Of a stretch of DNA of 64,000 bases, positions 29,609 to 41,815 are shown piece after piece. Origin of the DNA: Candidatus Saccharimonadales bacterium (GTDB lineage Bacteria > Patescibacteriota > UBA1384 > 2-12-FULL-50-11); the NCBI GenBank assembly GCA_035480235.1, contig DATIHX010000005.1, positions 551 through 64,550 on the forward strand. Direction: 5' to 3'. Each line of letters begins with the position of its first letter. Position 1 is the first letter of the stretch. The notes under the pieces were generated by a model that did not search any database, was not told the origin of the DNA, and was given only the letters and a program-made list of their open reading frames with translations. Made by a program: the position numbers and the translations under genes.

Positions 29609-29985
29609 TTATACTCCAACTGACCCTGGAGGCGGAAAAGGTTAATATTATTTTGGTTACCAGTTAAAAGGGTGGTGGCGGTTAGGGCGTTATCGGCCAG
29701 GCATGGCACGGTGTTGTCAGCTAAGGAATTTGGCAGCGGTAAACGGGTATCGCTACCGGGGCAGGTCGGGTGGGGCGGCGGCGGGTTGTTGGAAATTGGC
29801 TCGGAATAATCACTAACTCGCAAGATTACCGTGGTGCCACTCGCGCTATTATTCAACTGTGGTGAAATGAGCGTTAAGATCCGCCAGGCGGCGAAACTGC
29901 CCACCACCAGCGCCACCGCCGCAATCATCCCGTAATAAGCCAGGCGTTCCGCCCGAATATCTATTTTGAGTTTTGGCAGCCGCAT
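29605..29985 (-). CDS. hypothetical single-pass membrane protein
   Basis: ORF track 126 aa; TM segment YYGMIAAVALVVGSFAAWRIL; no SD seen. Confidence 0.5.
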   Translation of the reverse strand: MRLPKLKIDIRAERLAYYGMIAAVALVVGSFAAWRILTLISPQLNNSASGTTVILRVSDYSEPISNNPPPPHPTCPGSDTRLPLPNSLADNTVPCLADNALTATTLLTGNQNNINLFRLQGQLEYK

Positions 29986-30026
29986 TTATTCGTAATTCTT
30001 AATTCGTTATTCTTAATTCTTTGCCG
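29986..30026. repeat. AT-rich spacer with 14-nt tandem repeat
   Basis: Minus-strand sense gaattaagaataac gaattaagaattac gaataa then ATG. Confidence 0.7.
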
Positions 30027-31565
30027 CTATTTATTACTCACTGTAACACTGATGGCCGACGGTAGGAAACTGACTAAAGAAATGCCGTTCGGCAGGGTGA
30101 AATTGCCGTTCAGAATGGTCAGGATATAGGTGCCGGCCGATTTGTACGGCGAAAGGTCAAGGGTAATTTTGACGTCACCGTCCAGTAGGCTACTCAAAGC
30201 CGGGCTGGCGCCGCTGACGATCGCGCTGATACTGGTGGGGCTGGTGGCGGTAACTTGTAAATTACTGCTCAAGCCGCCGTAAACTAACTGCGGTGTGATG
30301 GTTTTGGTGGTGGCAGTGGGAGCGATAGTTAAGACGACGCTGACCGTACTGGTGCTGCCGGCGATACTAATCCCACTGGGTAAATTCAACGTCAGAGTTT
30401 GGGTTTTGTCAGTGCTTAAGCCGTCCACACTCAGGGCAACGGTAGGAATTTGGGTTAAACTCGCCAGTTGGTCAACCGGCCCGGTCACGTCCACGACGGT
30501 GGGATTAATCGCCACGGTTTGCACCCAATAACCGCTTTTCGGTTGACCGGTCAGCGTGGCGACTACCGGGACGGTTTTAATTTTGCCAGATTTGACCAGT
30601 GCCACCTTCACTTCGGCTTGATTTGGGACGATAGTGACGGTGTTGATGGCGCCGCCGTCCGGGGTTTGGGCTTGGAGGTCAATTTTTTGGTCGATGTCGG
30701 TGGTTTGGTTGTCCAGCTTCAGCGGCGCCGCCACCTGGGTGAGGGTGCTAATGACTGATTTTGGCCCGGTAATGTCCACCGTCGCCGGGGTAATGTCCGG
30801 TGTATCAGGTATTAGATTGTTGCCGGCTTTACCGCTAAAGGCGACGACCACTGGGACGGTTTTTTTGATAACTGGCTCCACGGTCACTACTACTGAGCCA
30901 GGGTCGGTTTTAATCACTTTAATACCGTTCACCTTGCTGGTGACGTTGACGGCAAGCGTGTAGGTACCTTCTTTTTGCTGGCCTAAATCGACAGCGGCCG
31001 AAAACGAATCGCCGGTCAGGCTTTGCCATTTTTCCCGGGGCGCGGAAATTAACACGTCAACGGTTTGAACGCTGCCAAAGCTAGCCGACAGACCGTCCGG
31101 CACGTTGACAGCCGCTAACTTAATCCCGTCCGGGAATGTGCCGGTGCGGGTAGTGATGCCTGTACTAACACCAACGACCAGCAGGGAAAATAACACGGCC
31201 AAGCCCCCGACGGCAGCGTTATTGAAGGCTTTAACCGGCTGGCTGCCGATTTCGTTAACGGCCGCTTTTGGCTCAAGCATCTGTTGCCAGCGGTCTTTGA
31301 ACAAAATTGGCAAGGCAACTACGAGGCCGATAATGTTGGCCTGGGCAAATAAATGTAAGCCCGGCAAAGCCACCAGCGAGCTGATGATCAAAAGCGCTAA
31401 ACCGCCGGCCAGAAATAGTAAGTAGCGCGCGCCGCGCGGTGTATTAATCGCCTGAATTACTACGTAAGCCGCTACAGCCGTGAAAATGACATCTAAAACA
31501 ATATAAAACAGGCTGCCCGTTCCAAACGAACCGATCTGCAACAGCCCGAACCAGATTTCTCGCAA
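30027..31565 (-). CDS. membrane protein with CdaA-like N-terminal TM region fused to four YbbR-like repeats (no diadenylate cyclase domain)
   Basis: ORF track 512 aa (TTG start; start uncertain). N-terminal ~100 aa resemble the three-TM region of CdaA as I recall it; the rest is repeated P..V.V.V....K.VPV......G units typical of YbbR/CdaR. Confidence 0.7.
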   Translation of the reverse strand: MREIWFGLLQIGSFGTGSLFYIVLDVIFTAVAAYVVIQAINTPRGARYLLFLAGGLALLIISSLVALPGLHLFAQANIIGLVVALPILFKDRWQQMLEPKAAVNEIGSQPVKAFNNAAVGGLAVLFSLLVVGVSTGITTRTGTFPDGIKLAAVNVPDGLSASFGSVQTVDVLISAPREKWQSLTGDSFSAAVDLGQQKEGTYTLAVNVTSKVNGIKVIKTDPGSVVVTVEPVIKKTVPVVVAFSGKAGNNLIPDTPDITPATVDITGPKSVISTLTQVAAPLKLDNQTTDIDQKIDLQAQTPDGGAINTVTIVPNQAEVKVALVKSGKIKTVPVVATLTGQPKSGYWVQTVAINPTVVDVTGPVDQLASLTQIPTVALSVDGLSTDKTQTLTLNLPSGISIAGSTSTVSVVLTIAPTATTKTITPQLVYGGLSSNLQVTATSPTSISAIVSGASPALSSLLDGDVKITLDLSPYKSAGTYILTILNGNFTLPNGISLVSFLPSAISVTVSNK

Positions 31566-31628
31566 AAGCTCGATGTCCCCTCCTTATATATTCACTCTAA
31601 CAATCTGCCGAAAAAGGGCAAGAAACTG

Positions 31629-31657
31629 TTGACTTTTTGATCCGAACACGGTATATT
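31629..31657 (+). promoter_or_regulatory. promoter-like TTGACT-17-TATATT
   Basis: Upstream of ORF 31685-31933. Confidence 0.6.
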
Positions 31658-31684
31658 TTGCCCACGACCCAGAAGGAGGGAAGT

Positions 31685-31933
31685 ATGCACGAAGAGCTTA
31701 GTATTGTTAATGGGCCTGGTTCAGTTGCCATCGGCGACGTATGTCGATTTCTTGTCATGGAAGCACCGGGAGCCGAACAAAGCGAGGTGGTGCGAATAAT
31801 GGACCTTCGTAAGGTTTCTGATGGTGTACATTTCCAGGGCATCGTCGAAACCGAGGGAGCATTAAGCGTCATTAACGTCGAAGGGGTCTATGACCCAAAA
31901 ACGTCTGCCGGCACTCTTCGGTATGAAGCCTAG
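31685..31933 (+). CDS. hypothetical small protein (orphan cassette)
   Basis: ORF track 31637..31933 (TTG); ATG 31685 after GAAGGAGGG; promoter TTGACT-17-TATATT 31629-31657; terminator 31937-31969. Confidence 0.55.
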   Translation: MHEELSIVNGPGSVAIGDVCRFLVMEAPGAEQSEVVRIMDLRKVSDGVHFQGIVETEGALSVINVEGVYDPKTSAGTLRYEA

Positions 31934-31936
31934 ACC

Positions 31937-31969
31937 AGCCCCAAGCGCAATCGCGCCGGGGCTTTTTTT
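31937..31969 (+). terminator. intrinsic terminator
   Basis: agcccc...ggggct with inner gcgc/gcgc stem + T7. Confidence 0.75.
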
Positions 31970-31993
31970 ATACAAATAGTAATTCTAAAGCGA

Positions 31994-32143
31994 GAAATAT
32001 CCTTCTTTGCCGATCCTGTTGAGCCGCCCGGCCAGCCGGGTCTCCAGCCTGCTAATCCGTAGGATAAGGCTGGAGTGGCCAGGCGAGACAAGTTCGACGA
32101 GACCGCTGGGCCGAGGAGATGTATCGGCGGGGAAGGATATTTC
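31994..32143 (+). ncRNA. candidate structured RNA / REP-like GC-rich repeat, copy A
   Basis: 21-bp closing helix (31994-32014 with 32123-32143), inner hairpins 32042-32075; second copy at 61309-61455 on the other strand with compensatory substitutions. Confidence 0.5.
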
Positions 32144-32148
32144 GAGCG

Positions 32149-33852
32149 CTATTCTTCTTTCGTCTCAACAAACGCTAAAATATCGCCTTTGTCGATTTCA
32201 ACGGTTTCACCCTCAACGGAAACACCGCACTGCTCGCCTTTTTCCACTTTGTCGGTTTCGATTTTGCCCAGTTTAAGCGAGCTGGCCTTGGCAGTACCAA
32301 TTTCCTCTTTGTCGCGATAAATAACCAAATCTAAATTCTGGCGGGCTTCGCCATCGATGACTTCGCCGCCGACAATTGCTTGGCCTTTAGCTCGGCTGAA
32401 AACAGCCAGTACTTTGAGGCGGCCAACTTCAGTTTTCACCAAGACCGGCGTGGCGATCCGTTTAATTTCGCTCTGCAAAAATTCGATAACTTCGTAAATA
32501 ATGCCGTATTCCTTAACCACGACACCCTCTTTTTCGGCCAATTCCACCATCCGTTTATTGACCAGGACGCGGAAAGCTACAATTAAAGCCTTTGAGGGCT
32601 TAGCGAGGTTGATGTCGTTTTCCGTCACCGCCCCGATACCGCCGGAGATAATTTCCACAAAAGCATCTTTGTTTTTAAGTTTGGAAATTGAGCCCTCCAG
32701 CGCCGAGAGCGAGCCGCCGACGTCGGCCTTAATAATAATCCGGTAGGTGTTGGCGTCTTCGGCCGCACCAGTTTTGGCTTTGGCGAACGTTTGGGTCATC
32801 GCCCGGGCGACTTTTTCGTTGGGCACGACTTCTAACCGATCGCCAAATTTTGGCACGTCTTTGAGGCCTTGGATCTGCACCGGCATCGCCGGGCCAGCAT
32901 GGTTGATAGTGCCACCTAAATCGTTCAAAATAGCCCGAACCCGGCCAAAAGCTTTGCCCACCACCACCACTTGGCCGGTTCGGAGCGTGCCGTTATACAT
33001 TAGTACGACCGCTAGCGGACCAACTTGTTTGTCGAGGTTGGCTTCGATGACAATGCCCTCGGGTAAAGCTTCCGCGTCAGCTTTCAGTTCCAGTAAATCA
33101 GTGGTTAGTAAAACAATTTCCAGCAGGTTGTCCACGCCGTCGCCGGTTTTGGCCGATACCGGCACCATACTGACTGGCCCGCCCCACTCCTCTGGCACCA
33201 GGCCGGCGTCGGAGAGCTGTTGTTTGACGCGATCGGGGTTAGCGCCCGGCAGATCGGCTTTATTGATGGCCACCACTATCGGCACGTTAGCGCCCTTAGC
33301 GTGTTCAATGGCTTCCAAGGTTTGGGGCTTGACGCCGTCGTCGGCGGCTACTACTAAAATAACCACGTCGGTTAAAGCCGCGCCGTGGGCCCGCAGCGCC
33401 GAAAAAGCTTCGTGGCCCGGCGTGTCCACAAAGGTAATTTTTCGTTTTGGGCCTTCTTTGGTTTTGAAATCTATTTGGTAGGCGCTGATGTGCTGGGTAA
33501 TACCGCCGGTTTCGCCGGCCGCAACGTTGGCCGAACGGATGAAGTCGAGCAAACTAGTCTTACCGTGGTCAACATGGCCCATAATGGTGACAATTGGGGC
33601 GCGTTCGGTAGCATTTTTACTGACGGTGACGGTTTTATTAACGACTTTTTGGGTTTCCGGTTCGGCGACGTAGCCAAATTCTTCCGCAATCAAAGCCGCT
33701 GTGTCGTAATCGAGCGACTGGTTAATTGTCGCCATAATGCCGCCATTAATGAGCGCCGTGATAATTCTAGTCGGGTCGTATTTCAATAAACTTGAAAGTG
33801 ACCGGACGGAAATTTCTTCCGGTAGTTGGATAACTTTCTTTTCGTCAGCCAT
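32149..33852 (-). CDS. infB: translation initiation factor IF-2 (short N-terminus)
   Basis: ORF track 32149..33855 (TTG then ATG); [18 protein letters not shown] motifs. Confidence 0.95.
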   Translation of the reverse strand: MADEKKVIQLPEEISVRSLSSLLKYDPTRIITALINGGIMATINQSLDYDTAALIAEEFGYVAEPETQKVVNKTVTVSKNATERAPIVTIMGHVDHGKTSLLDFIRSANVAAGETGGITQHISAYQIDFKTKEGPKRKITFVDTPGHEAFSALRAHGAALTDVVILVVAADDGVKPQTLEAIEHAKGANVPIVVAINKADLPGANPDRVKQQLSDAGLVPEEWGGPVSMVPVSAKTGDGVDNLLEIVLLTTDLLELKADAEALPEGIVIEANLDKQVGPLAVVLMYNGTLRTGQVVVVGKAFGRVRAILNDLGGTINHAGPAMPVQIQGLKDVPKFGDRLEVVPNEKVARAMTQTFAKAKTGAAEDANTYRIIIKADVGGSLSALEGSISKLKNKDAFVEIISGGIGAVTENDINLAKPSKALIVAFRVLVNKRMVELAEKEGVVVKEYGIIYEVIEFLQSEIKRIATPVLVKTEVGRLKVLAVFSRAKGQAIVGGEVIDGEARQNLDLVIYRDKEEIGTAKASSLKLGKIETDKVEKGEQCGVSVEGETVEIDKGDILAFVETKEE

Positions 33853-33999
33853 CAACCCGCTCCGTCTCTGAAATTTTCAAGTAGAAATAACTAAGTGGCA
33901 AATAATACTTAAAGTTTAAATATTTAAAAGATTGATTATTATTGCGAAGCAAATTGGTACGCCAGTCAATATTTGTAACTTGACTATTGGATATTAATT
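33853..33999. repeat. AT-rich spacer gyrA-infB
   Basis: Visibly AT-rich ~145 nt with local hairpin ccaatagtcaa...ttgactgg and a promoter-like TTGACT-17-CGCAAT in minus-strand sense. Confidence 0.65.
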
Positions 34000-36627
34000 T
34001 CATTTTGCCGCCTGTTCCTCATCCGCTTCCGCCACTACCGCCATCGTACTGACGCGGTCGTCGCCGTTCATCCGGATCAAGATGACGCCAGAGGCTTGGC
34101 GGGAGAGTTTCTTGACTGATCCCACCGAAATCCGAATGACTTGCCCGCTAGTAGTGGCAATCACTAGGTCGTGGGCAGCGGCGTCCAGCACTTCACCAGC
34201 GGTCAGTTTGCCAGTTTTGTCGGTGAGTTTAGCGATTCGAATACCGGAACCGCCGCGATGTTGATTGCGAAATTCTTTAATATCCACTTTTTTGCCGATG
34301 CCTTTTTCACTAAGGACGCAAACGGCTTGGGCCGATTCGGCTAGCACGGCCGTTTCGATGACTTCGTCGTTGCCTTTGAGGTTGATGCCGCGCACGCCGG
34401 CCGCCGAGCGGCCCATCGGCCGGACGTCGTTTTCGTTGTACATAATGACTTGACCGCCGCGAGTAATTTGAGCGATCTCATCGTCGCCGGAGGTTTGGCG
34501 GACCCAAATCAGTTGATCGTTTGGCCGCAAGCCAACGGCGGTAACACCGCTTTTGCGGACGTTCTCGAATAGGTCTTTAGCAACCCGTTTGACGACGCCT
34601 TTTTTGGTGGCGAAGAAGAAATATTTGAAATCGGCCGCTTTGCCGATGTTCACCATGGCGGTGACTTTTTCGTCAGGATTAATCCGGACGACGTTGGGCA
34701 ACGCGATGCCTTTACTTTGGCGGCTGGAAACCGGGATCTCAAAGGCTTTAATTTTGAAGGCCCGGCCTTTGTTGGTGAACAGCAAAATGTCGTCGTGCGT
34801 CGAGGCGAAAATCATCTCCATTACTTGATCATCTTCGCGCACCGAGGTGCCGATGACGCCCTTACCGCCGCGTGACTGGCTTTTGTAGGTGTCTGGCAGG
34901 AGCCGTTTAATGTAGTTATTAGCAGTAATTGAAATCAAAACGTCTTCTTCGGCGATCAAATCCAGGGCCGTTAGTTGACCTAAAGCCTCTGGCCGGATTT
35001 CGGTTCGGCGGGGATCGTCGTATTTCTTTTTAATTTCCAAAAGTTCGTCGGTAATGATTTTCTGGATTCGGGCGGGTTTGGCTAGGATATCTTCCAAGTC
35101 TGCGATCAGTTTCATCACCGCGTCGTACTCGTCGTAAATCCGCTGACGCTCAAGGTTGGCCAGCTGCGACAAGCGCATATCCAGAATCGCGTTGGCCTGG
35201 ATTTCGGAGAGTTTGTACTTCTCCATCAAAGCCGTTTTGGCGGCGTCGCGGTTAGCTGATTCTCGAATCAGTTTGATGATGGCGTCCAGATGATCGAGGG
35301 CAATTTTCAAGCCTTCTAAAATGTGGGCCCGGGCTTGAGCAATTTTCAGCTCGTATTCGGTTCGCCGAGTGACAACCGTGGTTCGGTGAGCCAAGAATTC
35401 CACCAAGATTTCGGTTAAATTCAAAAGTTTTGGCTGAATGCCATCGATCAGCGCCACCATATTGTAATGAATGACCGTTTGGAGCTCAGTGAGATCGTAA
35501 AGTTGGTTGAGGATTTTGCTGGACGGGGCCCCAACTTTGAGTTCAATAACCACCCGCACCGCCTCTTTACGGTCGGATTCGTCGCGAATATCGCTGATAC
35601 CTTCGATTTTTTTAACTTTGACGAGCTCGGCGATGTGGCGGATCCAGTTGGATTTATTGACTTGGTACGGCAAAGCCGTTACCAAAATAATCTCGCGTTT
35701 TTTATCTTCTTCGATTGAAGCGACGCCGCGGACAATCACTCGGCCGCGACCAGTTGAAAGCGCTTCTTTAATATCAACCTGGCTGTAGGCGACGCCGCCG
35801 GTCGGAAAGTCCGGACCGGTGATAATCTCGATTAATTCATCGATTGTTGCTTCCGGGTTTTTTTGGAGTAAGAGTAAACCGTCGATAATCTCGCCGGGAT
35901 TATGGGTGGGGATGTTAGTCGCCATGCCAACAGCGATGCCCTGCGAGCCGTTAATCAGGAGATTGGGTAAACGAGTCGGTAGAACGACCGGCTCTTGGCG
36001 GGTGCCGTCGTAGTTCTCGCGGAAATCGACGGTCTCTTTTTCAATATCGGCGAGCAGCGCGTCGGACGGCGGCGCTAGGCGGGCTTCCGTGTAACGCGGG
36101 GCGGCCGCTGAATCGCCGTCCATCGAGCCGAAGTTACCTTGGCCGTTGACGAGCGGTAAGCGTAAACTCCACCACTGGGCCATCCGGACCATTGAGTCGT
36201 AAACAGCTAATTCGCCGTGCGGATGGAAGCTACCTAAAACTTCACCGGTGATTTTAGCCGATTTCCGGTGTTTAGCGCTTGGCGTTAAGCCCATCTCGCT
36301 CATGGCGAAAAGAATCCGCCGGTGCACTGGCTTCAAGCCGTCGCGAACGTCCGGTAAGGCGCGCATCACAATAACGCTCATGGCGTAGTCGAGATAGCTC
36401 TCGGTCATCTCGTTGGTAATCGACCGCGAGCGGATCAGGCCGTTAATCGTTTTTTCTTCCGTCACTTCGTCGCTGCCGGCGGTATGATAACCGCGAGTGG
36501 TCGTTGGCTCAGCTGCAACTGACGGTTCGGTTTGGTCGTCGCCGCTCTCAACTTCTTCAACAATAGCGTCCAGCGTCTCTTCCGGCTCGGTGTTTTCTGG
36601 CTGTGGAATTACTTTGTCGTCTTCCAT
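34000..36627 (-). CDS. gyrA: DNA gyrase subunit A
   Basis: ORF track 875 aa; [22 protein letters not shown] and AAPRYTE (catalytic Tyr) motifs; acidic N-terminal extension. Confidence 0.96.
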   Translation of the reverse strand: MEDDKVIPQPENTEPEETLDAIVEEVESGDDQTEPSVAAEPTTTRGYHTAGSDEVTEEKTINGLIRSRSITNEMTESYLDYAMSVIVMRALPDVRDGLKPVHRRILFAMSEMGLTPSAKHRKSAKITGEVLGSFHPHGELAVYDSMVRMAQWWSLRLPLVNGQGNFGSMDGDSAAAPRYTEARLAPPSDALLADIEKETVDFRENYDGTRQEPVVLPTRLPNLLINGSQGIAVGMATNIPTHNPGEIIDGLLLLQKNPEATIDELIEIITGPDFPTGGVAYSQVDIKEALSTGRGRVIVRGVASIEEDKKREIILVTALPYQVNKSNWIRHIAELVKVKKIEGISDIRDESDRKEAVRVVIELKVGAPSSKILNQLYDLTELQTVIHYNMVALIDGIQPKLLNLTEILVEFLAHRTTVVTRRTEYELKIAQARAHILEGLKIALDHLDAIIKLIRESANRDAAKTALMEKYKLSEIQANAILDMRLSQLANLERQRIYDEYDAVMKLIADLEDILAKPARIQKIITDELLEIKKKYDDPRRTEIRPEALGQLTALDLIAEEDVLISITANNYIKRLLPDTYKSQSRGGKGVIGTSVREDDQVMEMIFASTHDDILLFTNKGRAFKIKAFEIPVSSRQSKGIALPNVVRINPDEKVTAMVNIGKAADFKYFFFATKKGVVKRVAKDLFENVRKSGVTAVGLRPNDQLIWVRQTSGDDEIAQITRGGQVIMYNENDVRPMGRSAAGVRGINLKGNDEVIETAVLAESAQAVCVLSEKGIGKKVDIKEFRNQHRGGSGIRIAKLTDKTGKLTAGEVLDAAAHDLVIATTSGQVIRISVGSVKKLSRQASGVILIRMNGDDRVSTMAVVAEADEEQAAK

Positions 36628-36758
36628 TAGTTATTTAAATCCGAATATCGAATATCGAAATGCGAAACAATTTCAAAATTCAAATGTTTAAAAATTTGAG
36701 AATTAGGATTTTCGGTTTGTTTCGGATTTCGGATTTCGTGCTTCGAATTTTTCATTAT
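36628..36758. repeat. AT-rich hairpin spacer gyrB-gyrA with 7-nt CG-anchored words
   Basis: cgaatat cgaatat cgaaatg cgaaaca (36642-36669) faces cggattt cggattt cgtgctt cgaattt (36723-36750). Confidence 0.85.
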
Positions 36759-38783
<2,025 letters not shown>

Positions 38784-38798
38784 TTAGGTAAAAGTATG

Positions 38799-38826
38799 AA
38801 AAAAGCGGCCGGGAGTTCCCGACCGC
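38799..38826 (-). terminator. intrinsic terminator
   Basis: Minus-strand sense gcggtcggg aact cccggccgc + T6. Confidence 0.75.
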
Positions 38827-38835
38827 GACTGAGCA

Positions 38836-39144
38836 TTACTGTAGAAATTCTTCGATGGGCGGCAAATGCTGTCGCCAGGTTTCATCGGCAATCCTTTCTG
38901 CCTCTTTGCGGCGTACGGCCTGAATTGCTTCCATTTCATCGCCGTATTTGTTGACAAACTCACACTGCTTTTTCGTCAGTTCAATCAGTTCGTCCCGAAA
39001 ACGCTCGGCATCACGTCGTAAAGTCCCCCCCTCTGGCAAGGTCTCTATTTTGCGATTCCACTCTTCGGTCGCCTCCATCAAATTGGGGAGACGATGAATC
39101 ATGAACAATAAGGCCCATTCCTGCTCTGGTGTTCGTGCAGCCAT
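38836..39144 (-). CDS. hypothetical helical protein (orphan)
   Basis: ORF track 102 aa; GTGAGG SD; strong terminator 38799-38826; no family recognised. Confidence 0.5.
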   Translation of the reverse strand: MAARTPEQEWALLFMIHRLPNLMEATEEWNRKIETLPEGGTLRRDAERFRDELIELTKKQCEFVNKYGDEMEAIQAVRRKEAERIADETWRQHLPPIEEFLQ

Positions 39145-39199
39145 TTTCTTACCTCACTTTGTGCGTCTTCAGCGCGGGCTAAAGAATGAGGCAATAGTA

Positions 39200-40342
39200 C
39201 TAGCTTTGTTGGGTTTTGTCAATGATCTGGCGGATTTTTTGTTTAAAAACCTCTTTGTCGAATTTCATCGCGTGGGCCCGGATTTTTTGGGAATCGTATT
39301 TGGACGCGTCGAAGTTTTTGATGGCGGCGGCTAAACTTTCAACGGTTTGCTCTTGAAAGAATTCACCGGTTTCGCCCGCCACGACTGATTCCAAAGCGCC
39401 GCCTTCGGCGTAAGCGATCACCGGCCGGCCGGAGGCCATTGCCTCAAGCGGCGTGATCCCAGCGTCCTCTTTCGGTGGGAAAATAAAGGCCAGGCAGTTA
39501 GAATATAAACCGTTTAATTCTTCGTCACTAACTCGGCCAGTAAATTCTACCGTCGGACCAGCGATCTTTTTGAGCGCGTCCATTTTGGTGCCGCCGCCAA
39601 CAATTTTTAATTTAAAGCCAAGTTGGTTGGCCGCTTGAATCGCTAAGTCGGTCCGTTTGTACGGTTCTTGCCGGCCAACAATTAAAAAATAATCACTAAT
39701 TTTGGGTGAAATGCTAAAACGTTTCCCGTTGACCGGCGGCCATAAAACGTAATCGGGGTTGCGGTGGTAGTATTTCCGGGTTCGCTCGGCGATATACTCG
39801 GAATTAGCGATAATGACATCTGGCCGTTTGGCAGCTTCAAGGTCCCATTTCCGTAAATGTTTAATAATCGCCTTAACAACCGGCTGGCCGATGAGTGGAG
39901 TCGGGATCGGCGCAGAGGCGATATAACTTTCGTAATCGCTCCACATATAACGAGTTGGGGTGTGTAAGTAACAAATGTGTTTCGTAGGAGGCTTAGTAAT
40001 CACCCCCTTTGCGTAGGCCGACGAATCAGAGAGTATCAAATCAAAACCCCTCAAATCCTCGGCCGTTATACCTCGGAGTTCTCGCCTCGGCGGCTCGAAA
40101 TCGAAAGACTCGATGGCTTTGGGCATCCACAGCAGATAGTATTTAAATTTCTTCGGCATGCCTGGCCAGTTTTGCAAAAAGCTGGTGCGAACATCAACGC
40201 CTGGGAAAAACTCGTCGACGATCTTTTGGTCGGCTGTGATAGTAAAAACTGGCGCCTCCGGGAACATTTCGGTAAAAACTTTGAGAACGTACTCGCCGCC
40301 GCCCCAGGTGTTTAAAAAATCGTGAACTAACGCGACACGCAT
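39200..40342 (-). CDS. glycosyltransferase, GT4-like
   Basis: ORF track 380 aa; C-terminal EDAGITPLEAMASGRPVIA motif typical of GT-B/GT4 enzymes. Confidence 0.8.
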   Translation of the reverse strand: MRVALVHDFLNTWGGGEYVLKVFTEMFPEAPVFTITADQKIVDEFFPGVDVRTSFLQNWPGMPKKFKYYLLWMPKAIESFDFEPPRRELRGITAEDLRGFDLILSDSSAYAKGVITKPPTKHICYLHTPTRYMWSDYESYIASAPIPTPLIGQPVVKAIIKHLRKWDLEAAKRPDVIIANSEYIAERTRKYYHRNPDYVLWPPVNGKRFSISPKISDYFLIVGRQEPYKRTDLAIQAANQLGFKLKIVGGGTKMDALKKIAGPTVEFTGRVSDEELNGLYSNCLAFIFPPKEDAGITPLEAMASGRPVIAYAEGGALESVVAGETGEFFQEQTVESLAAAIKNFDASKYDSQKIRAHAMKFDKEVFKQKIRQIIDKTQQS

Positions 40343-41712
40343 TAGCTAGCCTTTTTTCCAAATAATTGCCGGAGAATAAAGATCGGTGTCGCTAAAATAA
40401 TTCTGATATCGAACCAAATCGTCCAGTGTTCGATATAATAAATATCGTATTTAACGCGCTCTGAAACCGGCGTATTGCCGCGAGCGCCGTTAATTTGGGC
40501 CCAGCCAGTCAGCCCAGTTTTGAGATGATGCCGTTTTAAATAGTCTGGCACTTCTTGAGAAAACTTTTCCACGTATTTAGGTTGCTCTGGCCGGGGGCCA
40601 ACAATACTCATCGTACCCTTCAAAACATCCCAAAGCTGCGGGATTTCGTCCAAATTAGTTTTGCGCAAAATACGACCGAGTTGGGTGATTCTAATGTCCG
40701 TTGCCTCATCAGCCGACCAATCTTGAACGTTGGGAAATCTTTTTCGCCAGTCGGCGTACATACTACGAAACTTTCCGACCATAAATTCCTGGCCGTCTTG
40801 ACCAACTCGTTTTTCTTTGTAGATAACTGGACCCGGTGACAAAATTTTTACCAGCAGCGCTATAACAAGATAGACTGGTGAAAGAATAATAATCGCTGGG
40901 ACTACCAAAACGAGATCGAGGAGTCGCTTGAAAATCCGTCGCCAACCTTCCAGCGGTGTTCGCGGGAAAAACATCACCGGCGTTCCGGCCAGCGTGACCG
41001 TCTCGACGTTGGTGGCGCGGACGCTCAAAAAAGACGGCACCGTCCCAAAATTAGCGCCGTGAAGCTCAGCCCAATTGAGGATGGCCAGGGTTTGGTTTTC
41101 CGTCAGGCTTGGTCGGTCAACAATTACCTCGTCGATCTTTTCGGTTCGGGCCAGCGCCGCCAACTTTTCCAAAGCCAGTTCGGCCGGAAAAACACCAACT
41201 ACTTTTCGGCCGTTGCGCCAGTTATTAAGATCGCGAGCAAAATGATTTTCGGCGTTGCCGTCGATGACCACTGTTTTCAAAAGACCAGCGCCACTGCGAT
41301 ATAAAATAGTAATTAAGGCACCAATAATTGTTCGGCCAAGCAGAACGATACCCGAAGTTAGTAAAATGGCGTAAATCATTAGCAGACGCGACAAAGTGGC
41401 AGTTTGGGGCGTTCGTAAAAAGTACAGCAAAATCAGTACTACGCCCCAGCCGCCGATCAACCCGACCAATAGCCGGCCCAGACCGTTCCAGCCGCGCGGT
41501 AACTCCCGAGCGTTATAAAGGCCTTGGCTAGCAAAAAACAGTAACCAGACGGGCGTGGCGATAATCGCCCAATGCCAAAAAGTGGTAAACGGCAAGTTAA
41601 ACAGCTCGCCGCCGTGCGTCCGAACGATATAGGCCAGGATGATTCCCAAGAATATCGCCACGGCGTCAACTAAAAATGAGACAAGGGCGAGGTAGAGGTT
41701 GAGAGCCTTCAT
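40342..41712 (-). CDS. polyprenyl-phosphate sugar phosphotransferase (WbaP/bacterial sugar transferase family)
   Basis: ORF track 456 aa; N-terminal TM helices; C-terminal KRLLDL...SPGPVIYKEKRVG...KFRSM...DEIPQLWDVLKGTMSIVGPRPE signature. Confidence 0.85.
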   Translation of the reverse strand: MKALNLYLALVSFLVDAVAIFLGIILAYIVRTHGGELFNLPFTTFWHWAIIATPVWLLFFASQGLYNARELPRGWNGLGRLLVGLIGGWGVVLILLYFLRTPQTATLSRLLMIYAILLTSGIVLLGRTIIGALITILYRSGAGLLKTVVIDGNAENHFARDLNNWRNGRKVVGVFPAELALEKLAALARTEKIDEVIVDRPSLTENQTLAILNWAELHGANFGTVPSFLSVRATNVETVTLAGTPVMFFPRTPLEGWRRIFKRLLDLVLVVPAIIILSPVYLVIALLVKILSPGPVIYKEKRVGQDGQEFMVGKFRSMYADWRKRFPNVQDWSADEATDIRITQLGRILRKTNLDEIPQLWDVLKGTMSIVGPRPEQPKYVEKFSQEVPDYLKRHHLKTGLTGWAQINGARGNTPVSERVKYDIYYIEHWTIWFDIRIILATPIFILRQLFGKKAS

Positions 41713-41815
41713 GAAGTATCCTTATTGTAAGGCTATCCAACCTTTTTGCCTAGAACGCAAAAACCCGCCGTTTTCAGGCTGGTTTTTGCTTCACGAACAA
41801 TTTTGAGCAGTCAGC

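Noticed and set aside
32075-32320. 81-aa ORF (and 61285-61494, minus strand) covering the GC-rich repeat, read as a protein-coding gene.
   Set aside because: Only about 26 codons are shared between the two copies. The upstream parts differ by frame-breaking indels and the C-termini are unrelated. The substitutions pair up as helix-preserving changes. A short conserved peptide is kept only as an alternative within the finding.
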